A stretch of DNA of 64,000 nucleotides from Fibrobacteria bacterium. GTDB taxonomy: Bacteria > Fibrobacterota > Fibrobacteria > UBA11236. A program made the position numbers and the translations under genes. Shown piece after piece: positions 10,410-19,951 of this stretch (the first letter of the stretch is position 1; the number at the start of each line of letters is the position of its first letter). The stretch is taken from contig JAYTSD010000043.1 in the NCBI GenBank assembly GCA_043745805.1, positions 32,001 to 96,000 on the forward strand, read 5' to 3'. The notes under the pieces are model-generated. The model did not search any database. It worked only from the letters and a program-made list of their open reading frames with translations, and was not told where the DNA came from.

Positions 10410-11038
10410 ACAGCCTCCTTACGGAAAATTTTAATTAAGCGCGTGGCGCCGGCAATGCAATTATTTTCAATTTCATCGGCGCGATTATGCAAATAATTAT
10501 GCCCGAGAATTAAAGGGAATGCAACGACTAAACCCGCTTCGGTACTCATTAAAGCTTTGGCAATACCACCCGCCATCATGGCCGGATTGCCTGCGCCATA
10601 AAGCGTGATCACATGAAAGGTAGCCATAATACCCGATACCGTTCCGAGCAAGCCTAGCAAGGGTGCGGAAGCCGCAAGTATGGAAAGCGTAGGTAAATGT
10701 TTTTGCAGTTTGGGAATAGTACCTTGCAAATTTTCTTGCGTTTTTTCCACCATAGCTTTTACATCGCGATCAGAAACATGCATAATATCTTCCGCAATAT
10801 TTTTGAAAGGGCCGCGTAAATATTTTCCTGCTTTTAAATAAGTTTTCATTTCTTGCGCATTACTCGGTGCTGCATTCCAAAACTTTTCCGCAGGGAAGCG
10901 CATGCGTCGCAAAGTCCACCAACGTTCCAGAATAAAAAACCAACCGGCTTGAGCCACTAAAAAAATGGCGATCATGACCCATCCTCCTTGTGTGAGGATG
11001 ATCCAAAGATCTTGTGCAATGCCCGAAACATTTTCCAC
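10406..11038 (-). CDS. exbB: MotA/TolQ/ExbB proton channel
   Basis: GGWVM, APLLGLLGTVSGI, GGIAKALMSTEAGL. Confidence 0.92.
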   Translation of the reverse strand: MENVSGIAQDLWIILTQGGWVMIAIFLVAQAGWFFILERWWTLRRMRFPAEKFWNAAPSNAQEMKTYLKAGKYLRGPFKNIAEDIMHVSDRDVKAMVEKTQENLQGTIPKLQKHLPTLSILAASAPLLGLLGTVSGIMATFHVITLYGAGNPAMMAGGIAKALMSTEAGLVVAFPLILGHNYLHNRADEIENNCIAGATRLIKIFRKEAV

Positions 11039-11058
11039 TTAAAAAATCCTATTAACCT

Positions 11059-12597
11059 TTAACCCTTGGGCCATAATAGATTAAGGGTTTTCATGGCATA
11101 AAATTCCATGTCGCCTACAATATCATCCACACGATTGGCCAAGTAATTGTGCAGTAGCATTACCGGAATCGCAATGAGAATACCCGTTTCCGTGGAAATC
11201 AAGGCCTCGCCAATACCACCGGCCAATAATTTGGGATCGTTCACACCATGTTGTGTAATACTCTCAAACATACGTATCAAACCGGCTACCGTTCCTAAAA
11301 GGCCTAGCAATGGAGCGGCGGCGGAGAGTACCGAAAGTGTTGTTAAATGCTTTTCTAATTTAGGGACTTCGCTTAACAGGTATTCTTGTAAATCTTTTTC
11401 TGCCAATTCGCGGCTTTTGCCGGAGGCTTGAGCGGTAATTTTAATCATGTTTAAAACCGAGTTGCCGGATTGTTGATCACATACCGCAATAACTTGTTTC
11501 GTGCCATTTTTCTCTAATTCTTCCATGGCTTTGGCAACTAGCGTAGAGCCTTTGCGTCGGCGAGAAAGATTCCATAATTTGCGTAGAGTTAAGAATAGGG
11601 CGGCGAGTGCGGTACCCAAAAGAGGAATCATAAAAATTCCGCCGGTTTTGATATTCTCTTTAATTTTTACCGCAAAGGACTTTTCTTCGGCTTTGGTATA
11701 GGTTTTCCCTTGGCTTTGATTGAGTAGAATATCTAAAGGGATGGTAACTGCTTCGTTACTTCCGTTTTCCAATTTTTGCAAACCATTTGCTAAAGACGAG
11801 ATGGCTTCCACGGGAAGGTCTTCATGCCATTCATAAGGGGCGGCTAAACTGCTGGAGGAATTTTTTAATAATAATCCCACACGTCCGGTTTTACCATCGC
11901 GATAAGCAGAGGCCACCGTACCAATACGTAAGAGTAAGCCTTCGCCTGGCGTTTTGTCGGCCATTAAAAAGCCGCGTCTTTGCCATTGTACTTCGCGTGT
12001 TAGGGCGATTTCACTAAGTTGTAATTTTACTAATGCATCTACTATTTCAGCCGGAGCGTCTTTTTTGTTTTCGGCATCTTTGCTAACTTGATTAAAGCGC
12101 GCTAAGCGTTCAGGAATTTGTACCGGAAAGGATTTTTCCAATTGTCCCGAATTTTCTTTGGTTTTATCGGTAAGTAATACGCCCAAAGCGGAAAACTGCG
12201 CTTTAGCATTTTCCATTTGCGCTTCGGTTTCTTCGGCTTCCTTCAAATAGTTTTGCAACTCTTCATGCAAGCGTTCGGTCTGAGCATTTTTGGTTTCGAG
12301 TTGAGTTTTTAATTCATCATAACTTTGATAAAACTTTTCACGGGCTTCCGCGTCTTGTTTTTTGTCTTCCCAACGTTTGGCAATCACTTTATCGCGCGCT
12401 TGCTTGGCATTTTCTAATTCAATTTTAAGCGCTTCTAAGCGATCCGCTTTTTCATCTACATTGACTTGCGCAGGAGTGGCGACCCATAAGGAGGAAATGG
12501 TAAATCCAGCCACAAACAAAAAAGATGACCAGAATTTACTTGCCCCAAAATTTTTTGCATTAATCGGTTTCAAACTTTTATTCAAAGTCAAATTCAT
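11059..12597 (-). CDS. Large ExbB-family protein with periplasmic N-terminal domain (TtpC-like)
   Basis: Long coiled-coil N-terminal region followed by the APLLGLLGTV...GGIGEALISTETG channel domain. Confidence 0.85.
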   Translation of the reverse strand: MNLTLNKSLKPINAKNFGASKFWSSFLFVAGFTISSLWVATPAQVNVDEKADRLEALKIELENAKQARDKVIAKRWEDKKQDAEAREKFYQSYDELKTQLETKNAQTERLHEELQNYLKEAEETEAQMENAKAQFSALGVLLTDKTKENSGQLEKSFPVQIPERLARFNQVSKDAENKKDAPAEIVDALVKLQLSEIALTREVQWQRRGFLMADKTPGEGLLLRIGTVASAYRDGKTGRVGLLLKNSSSSLAAPYEWHEDLPVEAISSLANGLQKLENGSNEAVTIPLDILLNQSQGKTYTKAEEKSFAVKIKENIKTGGIFMIPLLGTALAALFLTLRKLWNLSRRRKGSTLVAKAMEELEKNGTKQVIAVCDQQSGNSVLNMIKITAQASGKSRELAEKDLQEYLLSEVPKLEKHLTTLSVLSAAAPLLGLLGTVAGLIRMFESITQHGVNDPKLLAGGIGEALISTETGILIAIPVMLLHNYLANRVDDIVGDMEFYAMKTLNLLWPKG

Positions 12598-13442
12598 TTA
12601 GTGACCTCTTTCAATTCCAAGGCTTGAATAGGTAACTTCACGAGTTCAGGAGCAACTTTTCCTTCGGCTACTTTGATGGCATTTTGTAAGGACGGTCGAA
12701 TTTCCAGCGCAAGGTCTTGGTCTTTCCAAATATATTCGCCTTCTTTACTATGCGTTAAAAAAGCGGTGAGTTTTTCATCGGCACTTATAAAGCCTAAGAA
12801 GGCCGAACCTAAGCGAATATAGGAACCTTCAATAGTTTGACTATTCGTAGCATGGTAGTTACCGGTATAAATTTCACTATCATAAGCAAAGTCTAAGGCG
12901 GATTGCAGGCCGGTGAATAAACGATTTAAACCTTCTTCGGGAGTTAAATTGCCTTTTTCTAAGGCATTGGCTAAGTCCTCCCATTCGGCTAAGCGCTTTT
13001 CTTTTTGATAGGGGAAGTCTTTGGCGAAATAACTTTGCAAGGTGCGAGCTTGCTCGGCGAGAGCTTTTACAAAATCTTTTTGTTTATTTTGATATAGTAC
13101 AATTTGGTTTTTGAAATTGGCTTTTTGTTGCTTCGCTCTTTCCACCAATTTATGTAGGCTATCGCTACGCGATTCACTTTGCTTAATCTGTTCTTGCAAA
13201 GCTTTTGTTTTCAAGTTTTTTTCGATGTCAAAATCGGCCGCGCGTTTACGTTCGGTTTTGTGCAAATCTTTTTCGCGTTCAATTTCTTTTTCCACACGAT
13301 CCATATCGCGTTGCACAGAAGGCAAACTTTCCTGTGCATGAATATTGCCGGCCATCAAAAGCCATGTGTAAATAGTGAAGCCAATTATTTTTCTAGTCAA
13401 AAGGAAAACTCCATGCTCCGGTTTAACGGGAATAAGGTACAA
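12594..13442 (-). CDS. DUF3450-like periplasmic coiled-coil protein (TtpB-like)
   Basis: Signal peptide, coiled coil, FPY..EKRL and YIRLG motifs, C-terminal PELVKLP; first gene of the TonB cluster. Confidence 0.7.
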   Translation of the reverse strand: MYLIPVKPEHGVFLLTRKIIGFTIYTWLLMAGNIHAQESLPSVQRDMDRVEKEIEREKDLHKTERKRAADFDIEKNLKTKALQEQIKQSESRSDSLHKLVERAKQQKANFKNQIVLYQNKQKDFVKALAEQARTLQSYFAKDFPYQKEKRLAEWEDLANALEKGNLTPEEGLNRLFTGLQSALDFAYDSEIYTGNYHATNSQTIEGSYIRLGSAFLGFISADEKLTAFLTHSKEGEYIWKDQDLALEIRPSLQNAIKVAEGKVAPELVKLPIQALELKEVTK

Positions 13443-13493
13443 AAAGCCTTTCCAAGAGAAAATGCTAAATAGTCCTAATTCGGTTTTTTGGGT

Positions 13494-13688
13494 TTAAGGT
13501 TTGGGAGAGTATTTTGCTTCTTCTTGAGTAAAGCGCAATAAATTTTCTAAGTCGGGATAGCAGCCTCCGCAACCCGTGCAAGCTCTGGTTTTGGCACTGA
13601 TTTCATCGACGGTTTTACAGCCTTCGGCAATTGCTTGCAGTACCTTGTCCTTTTCCACGCGAAAGCAATAACAAATTAATTCTGGCAT
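13494..13688 (-). CDS. BFD-like [2Fe-2S] ferredoxin
   Basis: ICYCFRV...ACTGCGGC (C-x-C...C-x-x-C), 64 aa. Confidence 0.85.
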   Translation of the reverse strand: MPELICYCFRVEKDKVLQAIAEGCKTVDEISAKTRACTGCGGCYPDLENLLRFTQEEAKYSPKP

Positions 13689-13837
13689 GCTGGGGTCGTT
13701 TTAGGGAATGAGCTAGGGGTTGATAAGGGTTGACGGAGTGGTTGATTTCATTTGGGGGTCAATAATACAAAGATTTACTAAATAAACCTCCATTGTTATC
13801 AGCAGGTCGATCAATTAGGGGTTGCGCAGGCTGCAAT

Positions 13838-13864
13838 AAAAAAAGGCGGTGTTGCTACCGCCTT
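13838..13864 (-). terminator. Intrinsic terminator after amtB
   Basis: AAGGCGGT/ACCGCCTT stem followed by a U-run on the minus strand. Confidence 0.8.
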
Positions 13865-13886
13865 GAAATAACACTTTAAATGGGAT

Positions 13887-15380
13887 TTAATTTTCGTCTA
13901 AATGATAGGCGACTTCACCATGTTCTGTGATATCCAAACCTTGTAATTCGGAATCAGCTGCAGGACGTAAGCCCACAATAGCTTTTACAATATAGGCAAG
14001 TACAATAGTTCCTACTACGGCCATCGCAATAGTAACAGCCATGGCTTTAAGTTGTTCTAGCCATAAGGTTTTACCAATAATGCTTGCCAAGTTTGTGCTA
14101 AGATTTGCATTCACATCAGTGGTGGCTAAAATACCGGTGAGCAAAGCGCCCATGGTTCCGCCTACACCATGCACACCAAAGGTATCTAAGGCATCGTCAT
14201 ATTTTAACCAGCCTTTGAGTTTGGTACAAGCGAAGTACGGGACGACGCCAGCGAGTACACCGATGATAATGGCACCAGAAGCATTCACAAATCCAGTGGC
14301 GGGTGTAATGACTACTAAACCTGCTACTGCACCCGAGCAAAAACCAAGTATGGTTGGTTTTCCGCTAATCATCCATTCTAACAAAGGCCATACGGTACAG
14401 GCTACTGCGGTTGCTAAGGTTGTAGTCATAAAAGCATTTGCAGCTACACCATCAGCTGCCACAGCCGAACCTGCATTGAAGCCATACCAGCCTACCCAGA
14501 GCATACCGGTACCAACCATGGTCAATACTAAACTATGGGGCGCGAAATTCTTCGTACCAAAACCTACGCGTTTCCCGAGTATGAGGCAAAGTACCAAGGC
14601 AGACCAACCGGAAGACATATGCACAACCGTACCCCCTGCAAAGTCAATAGCTTTGATTTTAGCTGCGGCATTCCATACACCGTTCATGTAACCGTCAATA
14701 CCCCATACCATGTGTGCTAAAGGGAAATAAACAATTAACATCCAGCCCGCGATGAAAAGCATGATGGCGCTAAACTTCATGCGTTCGGCAATGGCACCAA
14801 TAATTAATGCGGGGGTGATGATGGCGAACATCAATTGATACATGGAAAACACATTTTGCGAAACCCAATAAGCATAGTTGCTATTCGGCGCTGAGGTTAC
14901 CCCTTTTAAAAAGGCAAAATGTAAACCACCGAGGAAAGGGGAGCCTGCATCAAATACAAAGCTATAGCCAAAGGCCCACCAAAGTATCGTGACCAAGCCG
15001 GCGCAGCCTAAGCATTGGGCTAGAACCGAGAGCACATTTTTGGTCCTGACTAATCCACCGTAGAATAAAGCCAAACCCGGCAAGGTCATAAAAAGCACCA
15101 AGGCCGCACAAATCATCATAAAGCCATTATGACCAGGGCCTGAAGTAATAAGGTTTTTAGGAGCGCCGTTATTGATATAGGCTTCTAAATCAGCAATGCG
15201 TTGTAAGGTTGCTGAGTCAACAGTTGCTGGCGCTGTAACAGCCGCTGCGGGTGCAGCAATAGCGGCGACAGAATCCATGGCGGCCGCAGGAGTCGTTTCT
15301 GCAAAACTGGCGCTAAATAGCATGCAGAGCATTGCGCCGAGGAATAACGAAATAAAACGAATTCGCCTATGTTTGGTCAT
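13887..15380 (-). CDS. amtB: Ammonium transporter
   Basis: PGLALFYGG, DFAGGTVVH, GWYGFNAGS, DDALDTFGVHG; signal peptide and Ala-rich extension. Confidence 0.97.
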   Translation of the reverse strand: MTKHRRIRFISLFLGAMLCMLFSASFAETTPAAAMDSVAAIAAPAAAVTAPATVDSATLQRIADLEAYINNGAPKNLITSGPGHNGFMMICAALVLFMTLPGLALFYGGLVRTKNVLSVLAQCLGCAGLVTILWWAFGYSFVFDAGSPFLGGLHFAFLKGVTSAPNSNYAYWVSQNVFSMYQLMFAIITPALIIGAIAERMKFSAIMLFIAGWMLIVYFPLAHMVWGIDGYMNGVWNAAAKIKAIDFAGGTVVHMSSGWSALVLCLILGKRVGFGTKNFAPHSLVLTMVGTGMLWVGWYGFNAGSAVAADGVAANAFMTTTLATAVACTVWPLLEWMISGKPTILGFCSGAVAGLVVITPATGFVNASGAIIIGVLAGVVPYFACTKLKGWLKYDDALDTFGVHGVGGTMGALLTGILATTDVNANLSTNLASIIGKTLWLEQLKAMAVTIAMAVVGTIVLAYIVKAIVGLRPAADSELQGLDITEHGEVAYHLDEN

Positions 15381-15448
15381 AACTAAAATCCTTTTTTGGT
15401 GGTTGTTTACCCATTCCCGGAGAAAGCTGGGTTTTGTTAAAGAGATTA

Positions 15449-15464
15449 AGCATTGACTGTGCCA
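15449..15464 (-). promoter_or_regulatory. Sigma54 promoter of amtB
   Basis: Minus strand TGGCAC-AGTCA-ATGCT with exact GG-N10-GC spacing, about 70 bp upstream of the start. Confidence 0.8.
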
Positions 15465-15528
15465 ATCGGAAAATCAGTTAAAAAATCAGAATTTGGAAAA
15501 TAAACGCTTATATTGGCAGTATTTATAA

Positions 15529-15594
15529 TGACAATTGTTAATAAATGTAAATAATTGGCTTTTTATTGTGACAAAATAAAGTATTGACTGACAA
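15529..15594. promoter_or_regulatory. Candidate upstream activator sites for amtB
   Basis: TGACAA at 15529, 15569 and 15589; the first is followed after 10 nt by ATGTAA, a degenerate version of the palindromes at 21566 and 26568. Confidence 0.45.
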
Positions 15595-15626
15595 TTTGTT
15601 TGTGGGAGAGAAAATATAGCGGAGCT

Positions 15627-16325
15627 TTAAAAAACTAAATATTTCTGGATTTTTTCATCGGTAAGCTCGGATGTTTTACCTGAAACGACCATATTTCCAC
15701 GGTCCATAATGTAAAATTCATCACCCAAACGTTGTGCAAATTCCAGGTATTGTTCTACCAAAATGATGGACATTTTACCTTCATTCTTAAGTTTTTGTAA
15801 AACATTTTCGATATCCAAAATAATGGAAGGTTGAATCCCTTCGGTGGGTTCATCTAAAAGTAAAATTTGGGGCTGTCCCACTAAAGCTCGGGCGATGGCG
15901 AGTTGTTGTTGCTGGCCTCCGCTTAAGTTTCCGCCTAACCGATTTTTCATTCCAGCTAAAAAAGGAAACAAGCCATAAATTTCATCTTCAGGTACTTTTT
16001 TTAATCCATCACGGCGTGCTTCTAAACCAATCACTAAGTTTTCATAAATGGTAAGTTTGGGAAAAATTTCTCGACCTTGGGGCACATAAGCAATACCAGA
16101 CTTTGCGCGTTTATCGGGAGATAAAGCATTAATGCTTTTCCCATTTAAAAGAATTTCACCTTCCTTAGCGGGAAGTAAACCTATTAAGGCTTTTAATAAA
16201 GTGGTTTTACCTACTCCATTGCGCCCCATCAATGCGGTGATAGAGCCTTCTTGAAAAACACAATTGACATCACGCAATATTCGGCTTTGTCCATAATAGA
16301 TATCGAGATTTTTGACTTCTAACAT
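15627..16325 (-). CDS. urtE: Urea ABC transporter ATPase UrtE
   Basis: GRNGVGKTT, YVPQGREIF, LSGGQQQQLA, LLDEPTEGIQPS. Confidence 0.95.
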   Translation of the reverse strand: MLEVKNLDIYYGQSRILRDVNCVFQEGSITALMGRNGVGKTTLLKALIGLLPAKEGEILLNGKSINALSPDKRAKSGIAYVPQGREIFPKLTIYENLVIGLEARRDGLKKVPEDEIYGLFPFLAGMKNRLGGNLSGGQQQQLAIARALVGQPQILLLDEPTEGIQPSIILDIENVLQKLKNEGKMSIILVEQYLEFAQRLGDEFYIMDRGNMVVSGKTSELTDEKIQKYLVF

Positions 16326-17074
16326 TATGCCTTTTGCGAACGACCTAAATACCGTTCAATCACTTGGGGATCGTTTTGCACCTTATCCATAGGGCCTTCG
16401 ATTAATACTTTGCCTTCGCATAATACGGTAACTTTACGCGCGAGTTGACGAACAAATTCCATATCATGTTCAATCACAATTATGGAATGATGATTGGATA
16501 GCTCTAATAATAGCTCGCCCGTTTTTGCAGTTTCTTCATCAGTCATTCCCGCAGCAGGTTCATCTATGAGTAGTAACTTTGGATCTAAGAGTAATAGCAT
16601 AGCAATTTCTAACCATTGCTTTTGTCCATGAGAAAGTAAACCGGCTTGCCAAGTAAGTCGGTCTTGTAATCCGACTCTTTCTGCGACTTGATAAATTTTA
16701 TCTTTCACGTCGGGTTTTAATTGATAAAACAAAGTGGAGAAAACATTTTTACTCGTTTTGTATGCGAGATACAAATTATCAAAAACCGATAAGCTATGAA
16801 ATACGCTTGGTGTTTGAAATTTACGTCCCACACCGAGTTCCACAATTTCTTGTTCATTCAATTGGGTGAGATCCGATGAACCCATAATCGCAATGCCCAT
16901 AGCGGGTTTGGTTTTACCGCATAGCACATCCATAAACGTAGTTTTACCCGCGCCATTGGGACCAATCACTACGCGTAATTCATTTTCCGCAAGTTCAAAA
17001 TAATTAATATCCAAGGCTTTAAAGCCATCAAAAGAGACGGTTAAATCTTCCACATAAAGTAGGCGTTCGCTCAT
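16325..17074 (-). CDS. urtD: Urea ABC transporter ATPase UrtD
   Basis: VSFDGFKAL, GPNGAGKTT, GRKFQTP, LSHGQKQWLEI. Confidence 0.95.
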   Translation of the reverse strand: MSERLLYVEDLTVSFDGFKALDINYFELAENELRVVIGPNGAGKTTFMDVLCGKTKPAMGIAIMGSSDLTQLNEQEIVELGVGRKFQTPSVFHSLSVFDNLYLAYKTSKNVFSTLFYQLKPDVKDKIYQVAERVGLQDRLTWQAGLLSHGQKQWLEIAMLLLLDPKLLLIDEPAAGMTDEETAKTGELLLELSNHHSIIVIEHDMEFVRQLARKVTVLCEGKVLIEGPMDKVQNDPQVIERYLGRSQKA

Positions 17075-18144
17075 ACGGCTTTTTTCCTAGTAGAGAGAAG
17101 TTGTTGTATAAGGCCCACAAGTCCTTGGGGGAAAAAGAGCACGACGCCGATAAATAAGAAGCCTAAGAAATAAAGCCAAGTCCCAGGAAAATGTCCGGTT
17201 AAATAACTATAACATAGACTTACTCCTATGGCTCCTCCAATCGCCCCGATTAAATTGCCGCGACCGCCCACGGCTACCCATACAATCATTTCAATAGAGC
17301 TTTTAACGTCCATACGGCCAGGAGTAATGATTCCTGTTTGTGGAACATACAAGATACCTCCAATCGCAGCGAGTATTGCGGCGCAAACAAATACGAAAAC
17401 TTTATATTGGGTAACCGAAAATCCGGTGAAGCGTACGCGTTGTTCGCTATCGCGAATAGCCATGAGCACTTTGCCTAATTTTGAATTCACCATGGCTTGG
17501 CATAAGGTGTAGCAGATAATTAAAGTTGCGGCAGTAAACATATAGAGGCCAAGTTTTACCGAAGGCAAATGCAAATCAAAGCCCAATAAGGTTTTGAAAT
17601 CGGTGAGGCCATTGGTGCCACCGAGCATGGTTTCATTGCGTAAAAAGATCAACCAAGTCGCCAAGGCTAAAGCTTGAGTAATAATGGAAAAGTAAACACC
17701 TTTGATACGGCTGCGAAAAGCAAAATATCCAAATAGAAATGCAAAAAGTGCAGGAAGGAATAAACTTAAACCTAAGGCGACAGGGAAATGCGCAAACGGT
17801 TTCCAAAACCAAGGTAGCTCGGTGATACGATTCCACACCATAAAATCCGGTAAACTACTGCCATAAACACCTTTGCTTCCGGTTTTAAGTAGCATATGCA
17901 TTCCTAATCCATAACCACCTAAACAAAAGAAAAAAGCTTGGCATAAAGAGAGTATGCCAGTATAACCCCAAATCAAATCAATGCCTAGAGCGGCGAGGGC
18001 AAAACAAAAATAGCGGCCCCATAAATTAATTTGCAAATCACTGATAAAGCCTAATTTATTTCCCATAGGAATTAAAATTAAAGCAATTAAAGCCATAATA
18101 ATATGGGAACGATACTGACGTAACACCGAAGGTTCAGTCTTCAT
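17071..18144 (-). CDS. urtC: Urea ABC transporter permease UrtC
   Basis: DLIWGYTGILSL, LPDFM, AFRSRIKGVYFSIITQAL. Confidence 0.95.
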   Translation of the reverse strand: MKTEPSVLRQYRSHIIMALIALILIPMGNKLGFISDLQINLWGRYFCFALAALGIDLIWGYTGILSLCQAFFFCLGGYGLGMHMLLKTGSKGVYGSSLPDFMVWNRITELPWFWKPFAHFPVALGLSLFLPALFAFLFGYFAFRSRIKGVYFSIITQALALATWLIFLRNETMLGGTNGLTDFKTLLGFDLHLPSVKLGLYMFTAATLIICYTLCQAMVNSKLGKVLMAIRDSEQRVRFTGFSVTQYKVFVFVCAAILAAIGGILYVPQTGIITPGRMDVKSSIEMIVWVAVGGRGNLIGAIGGAIGVSLCYSYLTGHFPGTWLYFLGFLFIGVVLFFPQGLVGLIQQLLSTRKKAV

Positions 18145-19882
18145 TGCGGCCTTTGGCAGGAAATAGCCCCGAAGGGCGTATTTGTAAAAATAAAATCACG
18201 AGTACTAAAAGTAGCACTTTAGCATATACTGCTTGAAAAGCGGGCTCTAAAAATTTATTGAGTAGGCCAATGCCCAAACCGGAGATAACCGTGCCTGCAA
18301 GCTTACCCACGCCGCCGGTAACGACTACCATAAAAGAATCTACGATATAGTTTTGGCCCATGCCTGGGTCCACATTACCAATCAAGGTTAAGGCACAGCC
18401 GGCAATGCCCGCTATTCCTGTTCCTAAGGCAAATGTCATGGCATCAATTTTACGGGTGGCTATTCCTAAGCAGGAACTCATGGGACGATTTTGGGTTACC
18501 GCTCTAATTTTAATACCCATGCGAGTGCGATAGAAAACCCAAGTCATGGCTAAAACGATAACAACAGTTAATAACACAATAAATATTCGATTGAAGGGTA
18601 ATACGACCTGAGGAAAAATTTCCCAACCTTGACTTAAAAAATGAGGGGTGGTAACTGCGGTTAAATCACCAAAAATTTGGCGAGCAATTTGCACAAAAAT
18701 CAAACTAATACCCCAAGTGGCCAACAGGGTTTCTAAAGGACGTCCATATAATCTTTTGATAATAAGTGTTTCTACTACAAAGCCAATAGATCCGGCACAA
18801 ATAAAAGCAAAGGGAAAGGAAAAAGCAAAAAAATATCCAAAATATTGTTCCGGTAGATAATGATGAAAAAAGTTTTGCATCAAATAAGTGGCATAAGCGC
18901 CGATCATCATAAACTCCCCATGTGCCATATTAATCACGCCCATCAAGCCGAAAATAATCGCTAAGCCTAAAGCCATGAGAATAAGAATAGATCCTAAGCT
19001 GATCCCTGTAAAAATAAGTTGAATAAAACCGGTGATACGGTTCCAGCCATCAATGGCGCGTACCGCAGCTACAATGGCTACGCGTACATTGGCATCCGCT
19101 TCTAAAAAATGTCCTGAGGCATCGGGAGTAATTTTCGCATTAAGTTCTGACAAAACATTTTGGGCATGGATTTTACCTAAGACATTGGCTGCCATAATTC
19201 TTTTATTAGCATCGGGCGAAAGCATTTGTAAACGCGCAATGCCTTCCTGTAACAATAAGGTTACGCTTTTATTTTTTTCTATGGCGAGGGCCCGTTCTAG
19301 TTTACCCATTTGTAAGGTGTCTCCCGAAGCGCTAACATTTTGCGCGGCATTTTTTCTTTTTTCGATTTCCGGACTTTTCAAATCCCAAGCAGTTAAAAGG
19401 GGTTGCAATAATGAGCGCATTTCGCGATCGGTTTCGAATTCAGCTAAGTCACTTGAGCCAACAAATAAAAGAGCTCCCGCTGAATCTTTTAAAGGTTGAA
19501 AAGGATAAGGTTTGAATAACTGCATGATTTGACTGCCATTACTCTCCATTTCAGGGCCGGCAATAACCAATTGAGAATCAATTCCGTAATGATAAATATT
19601 GCCTTTAAACATGGCCTCAAAAAGCGGATGGAGTTCATCCTCATCATGTAAAGCTAATTCATGTAAGGCTTGGCTTTTAAAATTTTCCATATTTAAAAAA
19701 GCAACGAGCTTTTCTGTTTTCTCCGCAGCAGTGGGTAAGTTATTTAACGCAGACTGAAAAGCCATTGCAGAAGAATCGGCGGTTTCTATAACCTCACCGG
19801 TTGTTTCGCAAGTGCCATAACCTTGCAGAGACAGTATCGCAAAAGTTACCCCCAAAAGGGCCGTATAAATTTTTTTAAGCAT
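18134..19882 (-). CDS. urtB: Urea ABC transporter permease UrtB with periplasmic HEAT-like extension
   Basis: GLMGVINMAHGEF and LYGRPLETLLATWG motifs; N-terminal signal and helical domain. Confidence 0.93.
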   Translation of the reverse strand: MLKKIYTALLGVTFAILSLQGYGTCETTGEVIETADSSAMAFQSALNNLPTAAEKTEKLVAFLNMENFKSQALHELALHDEDELHPLFEAMFKGNIYHYGIDSQLVIAGPEMESNGSQIMQLFKPYPFQPLKDSAGALLFVGSSDLAEFETDREMRSLLQPLLTAWDLKSPEIEKRKNAAQNVSASGDTLQMGKLERALAIEKNKSVTLLLQEGIARLQMLSPDANKRIMAANVLGKIHAQNVLSELNAKITPDASGHFLEADANVRVAIVAAVRAIDGWNRITGFIQLIFTGISLGSILILMALGLAIIFGLMGVINMAHGEFMMIGAYATYLMQNFFHHYLPEQYFGYFFAFSFPFAFICAGSIGFVVETLIIKRLYGRPLETLLATWGISLIFVQIARQIFGDLTAVTTPHFLSQGWEIFPQVVLPFNRIFIVLLTVVIVLAMTWVFYRTRMGIKIRAVTQNRPMSSCLGIATRKIDAMTFALGTGIAGIAGCALTLIGNVDPGMGQNYIVDSFMVVVTGGVGKLAGTVISGLGIGLLNKFLEPAFQAVYAKVLLLVLVILFLQIRPSGLFPAKGRNED

Positions 19883-19908
19883 AGATATTCAAGCAGGGAA
19901 AAAGTGAA

Positions 19909-19931
19909 GCCTCCCTTAAAACAAGGGAGGC
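19909..19931 (-). terminator. Hairpin between urtA and urtB (partial terminator or mRNA stabiliser)
   Basis: GCCTCCCTT/AAGGGAGGC 9-bp stem just downstream of the urtA stop; weak U tail. Confidence 0.6.
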
Positions 19932-19951
19932 GGTAACACTTAGGGTGTCAA

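Noticed and set aside
14041..14691. 216-aa plus-strand ORF opposite amtB, and the many similar short antisense ORFs in the track
   Set aside because: Shadow ORFs fully overlapping well-supported genes, with no domain motifs.
19000..19882. UrtB N-terminal HEAT-like domain as a novel fusion
   Set aside because: Long UrtB proteins with periplasmic extensions are common in proteobacterial urt operons.
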